Positions 35,428 to 37,869 of a stretch of 37,869 nucleotides of DNA are shown one piece after another. Each line of letters begins with the position of its first letter. Position 1 is the first letter of the stretch. Below the pieces are notes generated by a model. The model saw only the letters and a program-made list of their open reading frames with translations, did not search any database and was not told the origin of the DNA. The DNA comes from a virus (lineage: Duplodnaviria > Caudoviricetes), in the IMG/VR virus record IMGVR_UViG_3300025158_000037, positions 1 through 37,869 of that record. One strand, written 5' to 3'. The position numbers and the translations under genes are program-made.

Positions 35428-37623
35428 TTACTTGGACATCTTGGAAGCCACTGATTTCAGGACAGTCGAATAGACTTCATCCTTCTTCAGTGGTGAACCA
35501 GAGTCCTGATTGAGCTTGACGACCTTCTTCTCGATGGTGTCGTAGTCTGCTCCTGCATCCATCAGCATTTTAGCATAATTGTGCAGGGTGTTATTCCTAC
35601 CACCGACCTGCATATGGTTCAAGAACCAACGGTCGAGATTATCCATATTCCCAAGATCAATGATCGTCTGAACGTACTCATTGTTTGCTTTGGTTTTGGG
35701 AATAAATGGCAGTACATCAAGGACTTGTGGTCCACGATTGATGTAGATTTCAGCCATTGGATTGGTCCTCCACTTACGGCTACGCTGTTGTGCAGCAGTG
35801 TCCGTGTGGAATGGCAGCCACAAAGCAAAAGAGTCCATGAACTCTTTGTAGTCATCCTTCTCCAGATGAAGCACATAGTTGGTCGGAATGATCAGACGGA
35901 AGCGGTGTTCTTCGTCTGTGTGACTCTTTGTGGTGTAGGTGGCAAAAGTATAGTCATCCAGAAGAGTGTGGACCTGATCGAGTATTGGTCCATTTTGAAT
36001 GACGTTCCCTTCCTTGTCACGTTCATGTCCGTCGATGTCGATGACCAGCATATTGAATCCGGGAATCACCTTGTCTTCAGAACGATGCTCACCTTCAAAC
36101 TGATGATTACACCAGTGAAAATTCGGAGCTTTGAACAGTTTCTCAAGGTTCTCCAGTGGTTGAGTCACAGGCTCATAGTCATAAGCGAAATGATCGCTCA
36201 TGCTGAACATCAGCTTGTTCAGATCAGTCTCCTGCAACGTCGAACCACTGAAGAACTCCACCGACTGGACGACGTTCTTGGTAATGACGACGTGGTTGCC
36301 CACGCCCCATGCCATCGCCAAGTCCATCATCTCCTTCCGTGCCACCGTAGAGGTGGGATAGTACGGAAGGTCTTCCACGAGGTCCGCATGAGTGAGGTTG
36401 TCCGGAGCAGCCGCAATGTACTTCGCCAATCGAACGAAGTTTCGTTCGCGCTTCAGAAGTTTCTGAAAGGACGCACCTGACTCTTCGGCTACCTTGATGG
36501 CTTGCCGTAGGTGGATGTCGGTGATTTCAGGCGACTCGTCGATGAATGCGTAGACACCCGCCAGCTTCAGGGATTTGAAGTACCTGTGCGACAGTTCTGC
36601 TTTCCGGATTTCCTCATGCTCGGGCATGGCATTCGCTTCAGCTTCACACTGAAGACGATATGCAGTCAGTTCCACACCCACAGATTTGGAAACGTCGAGT
36701 TCGATTCCATGATACCGAAGGTCAGCGAACCTCTGGAAGTAGGTACGCCACTTCTGAAGAGCACTGGACTGCTGCTTTGACACCAGCCCATTGTAAACAT
36801 CTTCAGGATCAACAGTGGCGAATTTGGTTTCGGATTTACCGATACCGAAGAAGCAACGTCGAGCGTAACCAGTTGAAAGCATGGAGTAAAACTCCTCTTC
36901 CACCTTGGCTCCGTCGAACAGTTTGCTGTTGGTTCCAAACATCAGCATATTGGCCGGGGTCATACCCCCGATATCAATGCCTCGTTCGTTGTCTGGAGTG
37001 TTCTTCACGAGCTTGGCTTTGATCTTGCCAAGGTCATAGAGTTCGAGGAACACGTTCAGAACCTCATTGTTGCCCAGCAGGTTCGAGCCGATCTCATCCA
37101 TCTGGAAGTTGATCGAGCCTACACCTGCAAGCAACAGTTTGTAGCGAAGCTGCTTTACAGCAGGACCAGTGCCTGAGTCAAAGATGAAGGGAGCATGTCC
37201 CTGCTTCTTGAAGTCACTGTCTAATGCTTCTTTTTCTTTGGCTTCATCTCCACCCTTTGCAGCAGCGATATCCACTGCGAGATTGAAAAGATTGGTTTCA
37301 GCAAGGTTGTAGAAACTGCCGTGCATGAAATTTTCACGAAAGTCAGCCAGCACATTTTCCATCAAAGAGACAGAATGACCCTTACCAAAGCCAGATGTGG
37401 CCAAGGCAATCGAATAGATGTTCACAGGGATCTTGCCACGTTCTGGGCTGTTGATCGTGGTTCTCATAGCCGAAGGCATCAAGCCAAGGAAATAGGCTAC
37501 CTCAGCTTGAAAGAAGTCACGATTCACGTTGCCAGTTCGATGGCAGAGAAGATCCACAAGTTCTTCCATTGCGGGATGGTGCGGAATGCTCTCGATGACC
37601 GAACGATCATAGAAGTTAGTCAT
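35428..37623 (-). CDS. DNA primase (N4 gp43-like): N-terminal P-loop domain plus C-terminal AEP-type primase and PriCT
   Basis: P-loop ATSGFGKG, MDEIG, primase motifs VIDID, YTTKSH and RFRLIIP, and a PriCT-like GGRNNTL. Confidence 0.88.
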   Translation of the reverse strand: MTNFYDRSVIESIPHHPAMEELVDLLCHRTGNVNRDFFQAEVAYFLGLMPSAMRTTINSPERGKIPVNIYSIALATSGFGKGHSVSLMENVLADFRENFMHGSFYNLAETNLFNLAVDIAAAKGGDEAKEKEALDSDFKKQGHAPFIFDSGTGPAVKQLRYKLLLAGVGSINFQMDEIGSNLLGNNEVLNVFLELYDLGKIKAKLVKNTPDNERGIDIGGMTPANMLMFGTNSKLFDGAKVEEEFYSMLSTGYARRCFFGIGKSETKFATVDPEDVYNGLVSKQQSSALQKWRTYFQRFADLRYHGIELDVSKSVGVELTAYRLQCEAEANAMPEHEEIRKAELSHRYFKSLKLAGVYAFIDESPEITDIHLRQAIKVAEESGASFQKLLKRERNFVRLAKYIAAAPDNLTHADLVEDLPYYPTSTVARKEMMDLAMAWGVGNHVVITKNVVQSVEFFSGSTLQETDLNKLMFSMSDHFAYDYEPVTQPLENLEKLFKAPNFHWCNHQFEGEHRSEDKVIPGFNMLVIDIDGHERDKEGNVIQNGPILDQVHTLLDDYTFATYTTKSHTDEEHRFRLIIPTNYVLHLEKDDYKEFMDSFALWLPFHTDTAAQQRSRKWRTNPMAEIYINRGPQVLDVLPFIPKTKANNEYVQTIIDLGNMDNLDRWFLNHMQVGGRNNTLHNYAKMLMDAGADYDTIEKKVVKLNQDSGSPLKKDEVYSTVLKSVASKMSK

Positions 37624-37867
37624 CTAGGAAATACTCCTTGCGTTGTTCACAGACCGAAAAAGCAGGGCAATACTCACATGCCTTGACCTCACCCTTGACG
37701 GTGACGATGGTTCCTTTGCCTTTCAACTTCAGATGTGCATCTACGTCTGCATAGTTGTCGAAAGATTTCTGAGCACGCCCCCCTGCTTTCGCAGTCTCAG
37801 GGTTGGCGTAATACTTGAAGCTGTCAGGTTGTTTCCACAATTCCTTGTCAGAACACCGAACCATTTT
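37616..37867 (-). CDS. Partial (5'-truncated) N4 gp42-like PD-(D/E)xK nuclease, C-terminal Cys cluster
   Basis: The frame is open to the window edge. C-terminal CSDKELW...KYY.NP...ACEYCPAFSVCEQ, located upstream of and overlapping the primase gene as in N4. Confidence 0.7.
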   Translation of the reverse strand, partial: KMVRCSDKELWKQPDSFKYYANPETAKAGGRAQKSFDNYADVDAHLKLKGKGTIVTVKGEVKACEYCPAFSVCEQRKEYFLDD

Positions 37868-37869
37868 GT

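Noticed and set aside
35581-36480. 299-aa plus-strand ORF opposite the primase
   Set aside because: Antisense to a gene with clear catalytic motifs, with no independent support.
37616-37867. Cas4-like Cys cluster suggesting a CRISPR-associated function
   Set aside because: No repeat-spacer array or other cas genes were seen. The position matches the conserved N4 gp42-like replication nuclease.

Overview
The window is about 38 kb of an N4-like podophage genome (Schitoviridae). The gene set and protein sizes suggest the Roseobacter-infecting N4-like group, but that host assignment is inference only. Three blocks are visible. (1) 1-3264, minus strand: a divergent cluster of putative virion adhesin/tail-appendage genes. 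(2) 3338-32500, plus strand: the late operon, running TerS, TerL, adaptor, a five-gene lysis cassette, portal, scaffold-like protein, major capsid protein, tail proteins, ejection proteins and a 3609-aa virion RNA polymerase with no Cys seen. (3) 32685-37869, minus strand: the replication block, with a partial nuclease, primase/helicase, AAA ATPase, SSB, a RusA-like fusion and a small membrane protein. I saw no tRNA, CRISPR array, IS element, intron or intein. The most notable observations are: an apparently extra MtfA/M90-like zinc metallopeptidase module in the vRNAP linker, so that two zincins flank the polymerase; a peptidase M15-like module in the gp51-like ejection protein; an in-frame nested or fused gene in the RusA-like ORF whose C-terminal tail resembles the SSB tail; an exact 15-residue proline repeat in the gp54-like tail protein; and a multi-domain lectin-like adhesin with a circularly permuted discoidin domain. 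All family assignments come from motif recognition and synteny with phage N4. No database searches were run.
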